Assembly (NCBI GenBank): GCA_030684355.1
Contig: JAUXTN010000002.1
Location: 28,069 to 92,068 of the forward strand
Origin: Pseudomonadota bacterium
GTDB taxonomy: Bacteria > Myxococcota_A > UBA796 > SXON01
DNA: 64,000 nt
Direction of reading: 5' to 3'
Shown here: one piece after another, positions 8,518-16,307 of the stretch
Layout of the letters: each line of letters starts with the position of its first letter
Position numbering within the stretch: the first letter of the stretch is position 1
Made by a program: the position numbers and the translations under genes
The notes under the pieces: generated by a model
What the model was told of the DNA's origin: nothing
Seen by the model: only the letters and a program-made list of their open reading frames with translations
Databases searched by the model: none

Positions 8518-9462
8518 CTATTCCGAAGCGACGCGCAGGCGGTGGCCCAACGCCAGGGCCACGACGCGGACGATCTCGAGATCCGCGGCGCCGAAGCCCT
8601 CGGGGGCGTTGAGCAGCTCGAGGCACCCGAAGATGGGGCCGTTCACCACGCGGATCGGCATCGCGAGGACCGAGCGGGTGCGGTACCCCGAGACGGAGTC
8701 GACCGTCGAGGTGAAGCGGCCGTCCGTGTCCACGTCCTGGACGATGACGCCGAAGCCGGACGTGAACGAGAAGCCCGCGATCCCCGTGGTCCCGGGGAGC
8801 GTGGTCCCGAGCACGCGGTGTGCGCGCGGCCCCACGGCGGCCACGAAGCTTAGGCTTCGCGTCTGGTAGAGCCGTTGGAGCACCGCGCCGGACTCGGCCT
8901 CCACGAGGTCGGTGACGATCCGCAGGGCGACGTCGCAGGCGCTGTCGGCGTCTACCGCAGCCTCGATCTCCTGCCGCCGCTCCATCGCCTCGGCGAGCCT
9001 CACGGGGCCTGTCTCCATGATCCTGCGCGCGTGGGGGCGGCGCCGTGCGGGCTTGGGCGCGGCGGGCTGCGTCGGGGCGCCGGGCTCGACCAGGGTGGCG
9101 GCTTCGGGCTCGGTGGGCGCCTCGGGCTCGGTGGCGGCGGGCTCGGGCTCGGTGGCGGCCTCGGGTGCCGTGACGGGATCAAGCTCGGTGGAGGCCACGG
9201 GCTCGGTGGCGGCCTCGGGCAGGGTGCCCGGGATGTCCAGGGTTATCGACAGGTCTTCGGCCTCCACGGCGATGCGCACCGGGACCCTGTTCGTGGCATC
9301 CACCACCGCGACGCTGCCGTCCGGCGCCATCGAGCAGACCAACTGGTCGAGCGTCGAGGGGTCGAGCCCGAGCTGGGGGAGGGACAGCGCCACGGCGAAG
9401 AGCCAATTGTCGGACTCGACCGATACCTGGACGCCGTTACCCGAGACCTTGTACGTTTGCAT
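8518..9462 (-). CDS. GAF domain protein with N-terminal unknown domain and Pro/Glu/Ala/Thr repeat linker (314 aa)
   Basis: Start at ATG 9462 (MQTYKVSG). The longer ORF to 9915 would run into the divergent gene. The C-terminal 'LQRLYQTRSLSFVAAVGPRAHRVLGTTLPGTTGIAGFSFTSGFGVIVQDVDTDGRF...YRTRSVLAMPIRVVNGPIFGCLELLN' is GAF-like. Confidence 0.7.
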   Translation of the reverse strand: MQTYKVSGNGVQVSVESDNWLFAVALSLPQLGLDPSTLDQLVCSMAPDGSVAVVDATNRVPVRIAVEAEDLSITLDIPGTLPEAATEPVASTELDPVTAPEAATEPEPAATEPEAPTEPEAATLVEPGAPTQPAAPKPARRRPHARRIMETGPVRLAEAMERRQEIEAAVDADSACDVALRIVTDLVEAESGAVLQRLYQTRSLSFVAAVGPRAHRVLGTTLPGTTGIAGFSFTSGFGVIVQDVDTDGRFTSTVDSVSGYRTRSVLAMPIRVVNGPIFGCLELLNAPEGFGAADLEIVRVVALALGHRLRVASE

Positions 9463-9636
9463 CGTAACTCCAAGCCAGCCAGTAACACGTAGGTTCGCGG
9501 CGGTGAACACGCCGCCGGGAGAGAAGGGACTCCACTCCACCACCCCTGTGTTACGCCATCTCGGAATGTCGCGACTTGTTCCCGTGCGTTGGATGCCGCA
9601 TCTGGTAGAGTGCCGCCCACCACCGGACAGCGCACG

Positions 9637-11064
9637 ATGAAGCGACCCGACATGGAAACCGACGGTGTCTTCGAGGCCTTCCTCGGCCGGGTGAAGGACC
9701 GCCTCGAGACAGGCTGGCTCGATCTCGTGCATGGCGGGCTGTACGTGGCGCAGGGCGCCCCGGATCACGAGGGTCACTACCGGGACGGCGTCTGGCGCAA
9801 CTGGACCGATAGCTACGGGGTCCGGCCCGCCGCCTACCACCTCCCGGCCACCGAGGCGGATCTCCGGGAGATCGTCGCGAAGGCGGTCAAGCTCCGCGTC
9901 GTCGGGGGCGGGCACACGTTCAACGACTCGCCGCTCTCCGATGACACGATCATCTCGCTCGACGACTATGACAGCGTGCTACGAATCGACCCCGACGCGG
10001 GGACCATCCGCGTCCAAGCGGGCATTCGCCTGCGGGACCTCAACCGGGTGCTGCGCGACCACGGCCTCGGGCTTCCGGTCCTCGGCTCGACGGACGCGCA
10101 GAGCATCGCCGGGCTCGTCGCCACCGACCTGCACGGCACCGGGCGCGATCACGGCTTCCTCTCGGAGCAGATCCTGGCCCTCCGCGTCATCGCCCATGAC
10201 GGCACCGTCCGCGATGTGCGGCCGGGCGACCCGTTGTTCCACGCGGTCATCGGCGGGCTGGGGACCTGCGGCGTGGTCGCGGAGGTGGAGCTGCAGGCAG
10301 TCCAGGCCTTCAACCTGGAGAAGTCAACCCGGATGATGGACCGGGCGGCGACCGAGGACGAGGTGGACGCGGTCCTCCAGGCCAACGATCACGTCAGCTT
10401 CTACTACATCGGCGGCGCGGACGAGGGCGAGTCCTTCCGCATGCACTGCTGGCGCCACACCGACGCGGCGGTGACGCCCGATTGGGAGAAGATCAAGACC
10501 CGCGCCGAGCTCGCGGACTTCGCGATCAGCGCCTTCCTCCCCGGCATCGCAGCGGCGCTCGCCGACATGGACGAGGACGCGTGGCTCTCCGACGTGCTCG
10601 CGCCCGACCAGCGGCTCGTCCTGCCGGGGAGCCATGGCTTCGGACGGAAGCTCTTCTATCGTCACGACGAGATCGAGTTCGGCGTGCCGTTCCCGGCCTG
10701 GCGGGCCTGTGTCGCCGAGATCCTGGCGCTGCTCCGCGCCCGGAGCTTCTTCTCCGTCGTCGAGGTGCGGTTCACGCCGGACGCCTCGCGCGCGCTGCTG
10801 GGGCCGGGCGTGGGGCGGCGCACCGCGTACATCGAGCTCGCGACCCCGATGTCCCAGCAGACGGACGCCGTGTACGCCGAGGCGGAGGACATCCTACGCG
10901 CGTACGGCGGCCAGCCGCACCTCGGGAAGAAGACCACCTTCACCGCCGGGGAGATGCGGGAGACCTACGGGGAGCGCTATGTCACCTTCGCGCGCCTGCG
11001 CGGCGAGCAGGATCCGGGTGGCAAGTTCCTCAACGCGTTCACGGAGCGCGTGTTGGGGACGTAG
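9637..11064 (+). CDS. FAD-linked oxidase of the gulonolactone/arabinonolactone oxidase type (start 9637 or 9652 uncertain)
   Basis: FAD-binding PCMH-type block 'LRVVGGGHTFNDSPLS...IRVQAGIRLRDLNRVL...GSTDAQSIAGLVATDLHGTG...VIGGLGTCGVVAEVELQ'. C-terminal 'GGQPHLGKK...YGERYVTFARLRGEQDPGGKFLNAF' resembles the ALO domain. Confidence 0.75.
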   Translation: MKRPDMETDGVFEAFLGRVKDRLETGWLDLVHGGLYVAQGAPDHEGHYRDGVWRNWTDSYGVRPAAYHLPATEADLREIVAKAVKLRVVGGGHTFNDSPLSDDTIISLDDYDSVLRIDPDAGTIRVQAGIRLRDLNRVLRDHGLGLPVLGSTDAQSIAGLVATDLHGTGRDHGFLSEQILALRVIAHDGTVRDVRPGDPLFHAVIGGLGTCGVVAEVELQAVQAFNLEKSTRMMDRAATEDEVDAVLQANDHVSFYYIGGADEGESFRMHCWRHTDAAVTPDWEKIKTRAELADFAISAFLPGIAAALADMDEDAWLSDVLAPDQRLVLPGSHGFGRKLFYRHDEIEFGVPFPAWRACVAEILALLRARSFFSVVEVRFTPDASRALLGPGVGRRTAYIELATPMSQQTDAVYAEAEDILRAYGGQPHLGKKTTFTAGEMRETYGERYVTFARLRGEQDPGGKFLNAFTERVLGT

Positions 11065-11069
11065 GGGGG

Positions 11070-11633
11070 TCAGCACCCGCACCGCGGCTTGGCCCCGATC
11101 ACCGCCCCGCGCCCGTCCTGCTCGAGCTCGCAGCATGCCTCGAACTCCTCGCGCATCTTGCGCCGGCCCCGTTGCACGCGTGCCTTCAGCGTCGGGAGGG
11201 GGACGCCAAGCCGGGTCGCGGCCTCCGCCTGCGTGAGCCCGCCGAGGTCGGTGAGGCGGAGCGCCTCGGCTTGCTCGGCGGTCAGGTTCTCGAGGAAGGG
11301 TGACACGCACGCGGCCAGGAGACGGCGAACGTCCTCCGACGGCTCCTCCGGAAGCGCTTCTTCCGGGGGCTCGTCGACGAGATGGACCGGGCGCGACCGG
11401 CGGTGATGGTCGATGATCGCGCTCCGCGCCACCCGGTACACCCACGGAGCGAGGTGCTCCGCGGACCGGAGCGCGCCGATCCCGAGGTGGATGCGGAGCA
11501 GGGTGTCCTGCATCACGTCATCGGCATCGGGCCCGGAGACCCGACGTGCGACGAAGCGACGAAGCTCCCCCTCGAACCGCGCGACCGCCCCGACGGCGCG
11601 GTCATCGGGCAGGGCGGTCACGCCTCCGGTCAC
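11070..11633 (-). CDS. ECF-type sigma-70 factor with C-terminal Cys-rich tail (CorE/SigZ-like)
   Basis: Region 2 'DADDVMQDTLLRIHLGIGALRSAEHLAPWVYRVARSAIIDHHR'. Region 4 'LTAEQAEALRLTDLGGLTQAEAATRLGVPLPTLKARVQRGRRKM'. Tail 'EACCELEQDGRGAVIGAKPRCGC'. Its ATG overlaps the arsM stop (ATGA at 11630-11633). No anti-sigma gene is adjacent. Confidence 0.85.
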   Translation of the reverse strand: MTGGVTALPDDRAVGAVARFEGELRRFVARRVSGPDADDVMQDTLLRIHLGIGALRSAEHLAPWVYRVARSAIIDHHRRSRPVHLVDEPPEEALPEEPSEDVRRLLAACVSPFLENLTAEQAEALRLTDLGGLTQAEAATRLGVPLPTLKARVQRGRRKMREEFEACCELEQDGRGAVIGAKPRCGC

Positions 11634-12436
11634 GGCTTGCGCGCCTCGACGGTGGCGGAGAGCACGCTGGCGGCGGCCGGGTGGCCGGGGGCCCAGGACT
11701 CGATCAGCTCGCGGGACCCCGCCTTCTCGCGGATCGTGATGTCGACGAAGCCGCTGTCACGCAGCCAGCCCTCGACCTCGGCGACGGTGGCGGCGCCGGC
11801 GATGCAGCCGACGAGCAGCGCGAGGTCCGCCTGGTGCTCGGGCGAGAGCGCCTCTCGCGCGACCACGTCCGCGATCGCCACCCGGCCGCCCGTCCGCAGC
11901 ACGCGGAACGCCTCGCGGTAGACGGCGGGCTTGTCCGGGGAGAGGTTCACGACGCAGTTCGAGATCACGACGTCGACGGAGGCGTCGGCGAGGGGGAGGT
12001 GCTCGATCTCCCCGAGGCGGAATTCCACGTTGGAGAGGCCGGTCTTCCGGGCGTTCTCCCGGGCGCGGGCGAGCATGTCCGTCGTCATGTCCACGCCGAT
12101 GACCGACCCCGTCGGGCCCACGGCGCGAGCAGCGAGGAAGCAGTCGAAGCCGGCGCCGCTGCCCAGGTCGAGCACGCGCTCGCCCGGCTTCAGCGCGGCG
12201 ATGGCCTGCGGGTTTCCGCACCCGAGGCCGAGGTCGGCACCCTCGGGGGCCGCCGCCTTCTCCTCGGCCGAGTAGCCGAGCACCGTCGCGTCGGTCCCGG
12301 TGCCGGGGGCGGCGGTGGGCGAGCAACAGGAGGGCGCGCAGCAGCTCTGGGCTTCGCGGGCGATGGCGCCATAGCGCTCGCGGACGGACTCACGGACGGC
12401 GTCGGCGGGCACAGGGGTAGGGGAGGTCGTTGTCAT
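11630..12436 (-). CDS. arsM: arsenite S-adenosylmethionine methyltransferase
   Basis: Start ATG 12436 (MTTTSPTP). 'RERYGAIA', Cys cluster 'SCCAPSCC', 'LGLGCGNP', SAM motif 'VLDLGSGAGFDCF', 'VISNCVVNLSPDK', 'LVGCIAGA'. The layout matches the ArsM/AS3MT family. Sits beside arsR. Confidence 0.85.
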   Translation of the reverse strand: MTTTSPTPVPADAVRESVRERYGAIAREAQSCCAPSCCSPTAAPGTGTDATVLGYSAEEKAAAPEGADLGLGCGNPQAIAALKPGERVLDLGSGAGFDCFLAARAVGPTGSVIGVDMTTDMLARARENARKTGLSNVEFRLGEIEHLPLADASVDVVISNCVVNLSPDKPAVYREAFRVLRTGGRVAIADVVAREALSPEHQADLALLVGCIAGAATVAEVEGWLRDSGFVDITIREKAGSRELIESWAPGHPAAASVLSATVEARKP

Positions 12437-12545
12437 CAGGTTCTCCGAGGGCACGAGAGTACGTGGCCCGCATCCTACAGACGGGGTCGGTCCGAAAAGG
12501 ATGCACCCCGTAGCGACGAGGGCTCCTTGCGGGACATTCGCATCC

Positions 12546-12555
12546 ATGCATATGC
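12546..12555. promoter_or_regulatory. candidate ArsR operator core (overlapping palindromes ATGCAT / GCATATGC) in the arsM-arsR divergent region
   Basis: Read directly, 10 bp upstream of the arsR ATG, in an unusually AT-rich patch. The function is inferred only. Confidence 0.25.
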
Positions 12556-12565
12556 TTATCTCCTC

Positions 12566-12931
12566 ATGCAGCCCCTGGTCACCCCGCTCGATGTACGCCC
12601 CGCGACCGGCCTCCTGAAGGCCCTCGCCGACGACAACCGCCTCCGCATCGTCTCGCTGCTGGCCCGCGGCGAGCTGTGCGTGTGCCACATCGCCTCGGCG
12701 CTCGAGCTCTCCCAGCCGAACGTCTCCCAGCACCTCGTGGTGCTCAAGAGCGCGGGGGTGGTCGAGGGCGAGCGCCGTGGGAGCTGGATCTACTACCGGC
12801 TGTTGGGCGAGCAGGACCCCGTGCGCGCACGCATCCTCCGCGCCGTCCTCGACGGCTGCGCGGACCTCGAGGCCGCCACGGACGACCGCCGGCGCCTCGC
12901 GGCGACGAAGGGAGGTGTCTCGTGCGAGTAG
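12566..12931 (+). CDS. arsR: ArsR/SmtB-family metalloregulator
   Basis: 'LKALADDNRLRIVSLLARGELCVCHIASALELSQPNVSQHLVVLKSAGVVEGERRGSWIYYRL' contains the ELCVC As(III)-binding motif and the winged HTH. Confidence 0.9.
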   Translation: MQPLVTPLDVRPATGLLKALADDNRLRIVSLLARGELCVCHIASALELSQPNVSQHLVVLKSAGVVEGERRGSWIYYRLLGEQDPVRARILRAVLDGCADLEAATDDRRRLAATKGGVSCE

Positions 12932-13626
12932 CGGCGCTGCCGCGTCGGGTCGCCGCGGAGGCGGTCGGGACCGCGTTCCTCCTCGCCACCGTCGTCGGGT
13001 CGGGCATCATGGCGGAGCGCCTGTGCGGCGGGAACGTCGGCCTGGCGCTCCTCTGCAACGCGCTGGCGACCGGCGGCGGCCTCGTCGCGCTCATCCTCAC
13101 GTTCGGCTCGGTCTCGGGCGCGCACTTCAACCCCGCGGTGACGCTCGCGGATGCGACCGAGGGCGGCATGAGCTGGCGGGACGTGCCCTGGTACGTCGCC
13201 GCGCAGCTGGTCGGCGCGGTGGTCGGCGTCGCGGTCGCCGACCTGATGTTCGAGCTACCGGCGTTCACCCTCTCGACGCACGCGCGCACGGGCGCCGCGC
13301 AGTGGCTCGCGGAGTTCGTCGCCACCTTCGGGCTGCTCGCGACCATCTGCGGCGTGTCGAGGCGGACGCCGGCCGCCACCCCGTTCGCGGTCGCGGCCTA
13401 CATCGTGGCCGCCTACTGGTTCACGGCCTCCACCTCCTTCGCGAACCCGGCGGTGACGCTCGCCCGGGCGCTGACCGACACCTTCGCGGGCATCCGGCCC
13501 GTGGACGTGCCGGGCTTCGTCCTCGCCCAGCTCGCCGGGGCGGCCGCGGCGACGCTGCTCTTCCGCTGGCTCGTGCCGGGCCAGGAGACCGAGCCCGTCC
13601 CTACGTCCGAGCGGAGCGCGTCGTAA
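12922..13626 (+). CDS. MIP-family aquaporin/aquaglyceroporin, probable arsenite channel (AqpS-like by context)
   Basis: GTG 12922 preceded by GAAGGGAGG; overlaps the arsR end by 10 nt. Two NPA boxes ('GAHFNPAVTL', 'SFANPAVTLA') and six hydrophobic segments. Confidence 0.85.
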   Translation: MRVAALPRRVAAEAVGTAFLLATVVGSGIMAERLCGGNVGLALLCNALATGGGLVALILTFGSVSGAHFNPAVTLADATEGGMSWRDVPWYVAAQLVGAVVGVAVADLMFELPAFTLSTHARTGAAQWLAEFVATFGLLATICGVSRRTPAATPFAVAAYIVAAYWFTASTSFANPAVTLARALTDTFAGIRPVDVPGFVLAQLAGAAAATLLFRWLVPGQETEPVPTSERSAS

Positions 13627-13650
13627 TCGCACGCGCGGAGGCGGGTCCGA

Positions 13651-14613
13651 TCACCGGGTCTCCGCGGGCGCCGCCGACTCCGCCGTCGACGAGAGCGCCG
13701 GGGAGCAGGCCGCCGCCGTCTGCCGCGCCGCCACCTCGAGGCTCGTGCCGATGCCGGCGAAGCGAGCGCGGAACTTGCCATCGTCCACGAGGAAGGGGCG
13801 ATCCCACTGGTAGGCGGTCTCCCGCAGCTCGCGGAGGAGCGGCACGAAGGGCGCCAGCACGGTGAACGCCCACGTGGGGATGGCGTACGAGCTCCCGACC
13901 TGCCCCATGGCCTCCGCGATGCGGGCCACGAGCGTCGCCGGGGCGACCTCGACCGTGGGCAGGTGGAAGACCCCCTCGGCGTCGGACTCGCCGAGGGCCG
14001 CGAGGCCGGCGATGACGTCGGGCACGTAGCCGAAGGCGTGGGGCGCGCGCGGATCGCCCACGAGCCACGCGGCCTTGCCGGCCCCTAGCCCGGCCACCAT
14101 CGCGGGGGAGAAGAGCGACTGGTCGCCCACGCCGGGCCCGAAGAAGTCGCCCGCGCGGCCCGCGGCGTAGCGGAGGCCCCGCTCGCGCGCGGCGGTGCGC
14201 AACGTGGCGTCCCACGCGATGCGCACGCGCCCCTTTCGTCCGGTCGCGCCCAGAGCCGTCTCCTCCGTGCGCCGCCCCTCGACGATCCCGTAGGCGTACA
14301 GGTTGTCGAGGCAGACGAGCCTGGCTCCGCTCGCGATGGCGCCGTCGATGAGCGCCGCCCCGAGCGCCGGGAACTCGGCCTCCCAGGCCGCCCCGGTGTA
14401 CGCCGACGGGTTCATGCAGTGGTAGACGGCGGCCGCCCCCGCCGTGACTCGCGCCACGAACGCCGGCTCGCGCGCGTCCCCGGCGACGACCTCCACGCCC
14501 GGGACCACCGCGGCGCTCCGCCGCACCACCCGCACCGTGTGCCCCCGCGCCACCAACGTCCGCGCCAGCCCGCTCCCGACCTGACCCGCTCCGAACACGA
14601 CGTGCAACGACAT
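13651..14613 (-). CDS. NAD(P)-dependent epimerase/dehydratase-family (extended SDR) protein
   Basis: ATG 14613 preceded by GGAGG. 'MSLHVVFGAGQVGSGLARTLVARGHTV' is a Rossmann motif. The longer ORF to 15174 would overlap the LysR gene and is Arg-rich. Confidence 0.75.
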   Translation of the reverse strand: MSLHVVFGAGQVGSGLARTLVARGHTVRVVRRSAAVVPGVEVVAGDAREPAFVARVTAGAAAVYHCMNPSAYTGAAWEAEFPALGAALIDGAIASGARLVCLDNLYAYGIVEGRRTEETALGATGRKGRVRIAWDATLRTAARERGLRYAAGRAGDFFGPGVGDQSLFSPAMVAGLGAGKAAWLVGDPRAPHAFGYVPDVIAGLAALGESDAEGVFHLPTVEVAPATLVARIAEAMGQVGSSYAIPTWAFTVLAPFVPLLRELRETAYQWDRPFLVDDGKFRARFAGIGTSLEVAARQTAAACSPALSSTAESAAPAETR

Positions 14614-14686
14614 GAGAACCTCCTGCCCGACCAGATACGTCCGTCGCGGTCTCCCATCCCATGCATGATTGGTATATGATCCATGC

Positions 14687-15619
14687 ATGGAAGGTATCGA
14701 TCTCCGCGGGCTCGACCTGAACCTGCTCGTGGCGCTCGATGCGCTGCTGCGCCTCGGCAGCGTGACGGCAGCCGCCCGCGACCTGGGGGTCACCCAACCG
14801 GCGTTGAGCCGAACGTTGCAGCGTTTGCGGGACACGCTCGGGGATCCGCTCCTCGTCCGCGTCGGCCGCGGCGTGATCCCGACGGATCGGGCGCGCGCGC
14901 TCGCCGAGCCCCTCGCGGACGCCCTCCGCGCGGTGCAGCGCGTGTTCACGCCTCCCGATGCGTTCGATCCCCGGAGCGCGCGCGGGGAGCTGACCATCGG
15001 CCTGGGCGAGGAGGCGCAGGTCGCCTTCGCGGACGCCATTATGGGCGCCATCTGGGCCCGCGCCCCCCACGTCGACATCCGCGTGCGGGCGCTCACGGCC
15101 GCCAGCCTCGACGAGGGGCGGCGCGGCCTCCTCGACCTCGCGATCGGGCCCGACCTCTCGCCGCTCCCATCCATCGCGGGCTCGGTCGACTACGGCGACT
15201 TCGTCGCGAAGCACCTCTACACGCGGCGCTTCGTCGTGGTGTCCTCCGCCAGGAACCCGCGCCGGTCGATCACCCTCGCGCAGTACCTCGCCGCCCACCA
15301 CGTCATCGTGGGCTTCGACGGCGGTGGTCGCGGCTTCGTGGACGACCTGCTCGCGGCCAAGGGACACAGGCGGCGCGTGGCCGCGACCGTCACGTCCTTC
15401 CCCGGCGCCGTGAATCTCGTAGCAAATACGGATCTCGTCGCGACGGTTCCGGTGGAGTTGGTGCATGCCTCCAACGCTGGCATCGTGGCGAGCGAGGCGC
15501 CGTTCGACCTCCCCACGCTGCCGATGTTGTGCATCTGGCACCCGCGGCGAACCTCGGATCCGCGGCACCAATTCTTCCGGGAGGTGGTGATGCGGGCGGT
15601 GATCGAGCGGATGGGGTAG
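14687..15619 (+). CDS. LysR-family transcriptional regulator
   Basis: 'LDLNLLVALDALLRLGSVTAAARDLGVTQPALSRTLQRLRDTLGDPLL' is the N-terminal HTH, with a C-terminal substrate-binding fold. Divergent from the SDR gene. Confidence 0.85.
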   Translation: MEGIDLRGLDLNLLVALDALLRLGSVTAAARDLGVTQPALSRTLQRLRDTLGDPLLVRVGRGVIPTDRARALAEPLADALRAVQRVFTPPDAFDPRSARGELTIGLGEEAQVAFADAIMGAIWARAPHVDIRVRALTAASLDEGRRGLLDLAIGPDLSPLPSIAGSVDYGDFVAKHLYTRRFVVVSSARNPRRSITLAQYLAAHHVIVGFDGGGRGFVDDLLAAKGHRRRVAATVTSFPGAVNLVANTDLVATVPVELVHASNAGIVASEAPFDLPTLPMLCIWHPRRTSDPRHQFFREVVMRAVIERMG

Positions 15620-15702
15620 GTCCTCGCTGACCTCGACCGGCTGGAAGTCGCTGCCGTCGAGGCCACGGGAGCAGGGCACCGCGACGCGCTAAAGAGCGGC
15701 GC

Positions 15703-16218
15703 ATGCCGAACCGGATCCTCGTGACCTATGCCAGCCGGTTCGGCGCCACCGCGGGTGTGGCGGAAGCCATCGGGGCGACCCTCGTAGACGGCGGCGCGCA
15801 AGTGGACGTGCTGCCGATGGACGAGGTCAGCAGCCTCGCGCCCTACGACGCCGTGGTCGTGGGCAGCGCCATCCAGCGCAGCAAGTGGCTGCCGGAGGCC
15901 CTGCGGTTCGTCGAGACGCACCGGGTCGAGCTCGCGGAGCGGCGTGTCGCCACGTTCCTGGTGTGCATGACCCTGACGATGCGCACCGATCACCGCGCGC
16001 ACGTCGCCACCTGGATGGCGCCGGTGCGGGCGCTGGTCACGCCGGTGAGCGAAGGCCTGTTCGCGGGGGCGTTGGAGATCGATCACCTGGACTCGTTCGC
16101 CGACCGGGTGAAGTTCCGCCTGAGCGTCTGGCTCGGCGTCTGGAAGGAGGGTGACCATCGGGACTGGGGTGCGATTCGCGCCTGGGCAACCGAGGTAGGG
16201 CCGCTCCTCGCCGGGTGA
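15703..16218 (+). CDS. flavodoxin-domain protein (HemG-like / flavodoxin_5 type)
   Basis: 'ILVTYASRFGATAGVAEAIG...YDAVVVGSAIQRSKW' matches the flavodoxin-like pattern; 171 aa. Confidence 0.7.
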   Translation: MPNRILVTYASRFGATAGVAEAIGATLVDGGAQVDVLPMDEVSSLAPYDAVVVGSAIQRSKWLPEALRFVETHRVELAERRVATFLVCMTLTMRTDHRAHVATWMAPVRALVTPVSEGLFAGALEIDHLDSFADRVKFRLSVWLGVWKEGDHRDWGAIRAWATEVGPLLAG

Positions 16219-16225
16219 AGAACGG

Positions 16226-16250
16226 CCGCACCGCCATCTGCACGGTGCGG
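16226..16250. terminator. possible bidirectional hairpin between convergent genes (CCGCACCG-N9-CGGTGCGG), no U-tract
   Basis: Perfect 8-bp stem read directly. It lies between the flavodoxin stop and the antiporter stop. Confidence 0.3.
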
Positions 16251-16307
16251 GCGCTATGCTGCCTGGAACGGGGGCATTTCCCACGGTGTTGGCGCCGAGC
16301 CCGACTC

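Noticed and set aside
9463-9915. Longer version of the GAF gene (start at 9915)
   Set aside because: It would overlap the divergent FAD-oxidase gene and its promoter region. The extra 151 residues are low-complexity, and MQTYKVSG at 9462 starts a normal domain.
14614-15174. Longer version of the SDR gene (start at 15174), and ORFs 13601..15679 (-) / 14683..15630 (+)
   Set aside because: They overlap the well-supported LysR gene. The Rossmann motif sits right after ATG 14613, which has a GGAGG RBS.
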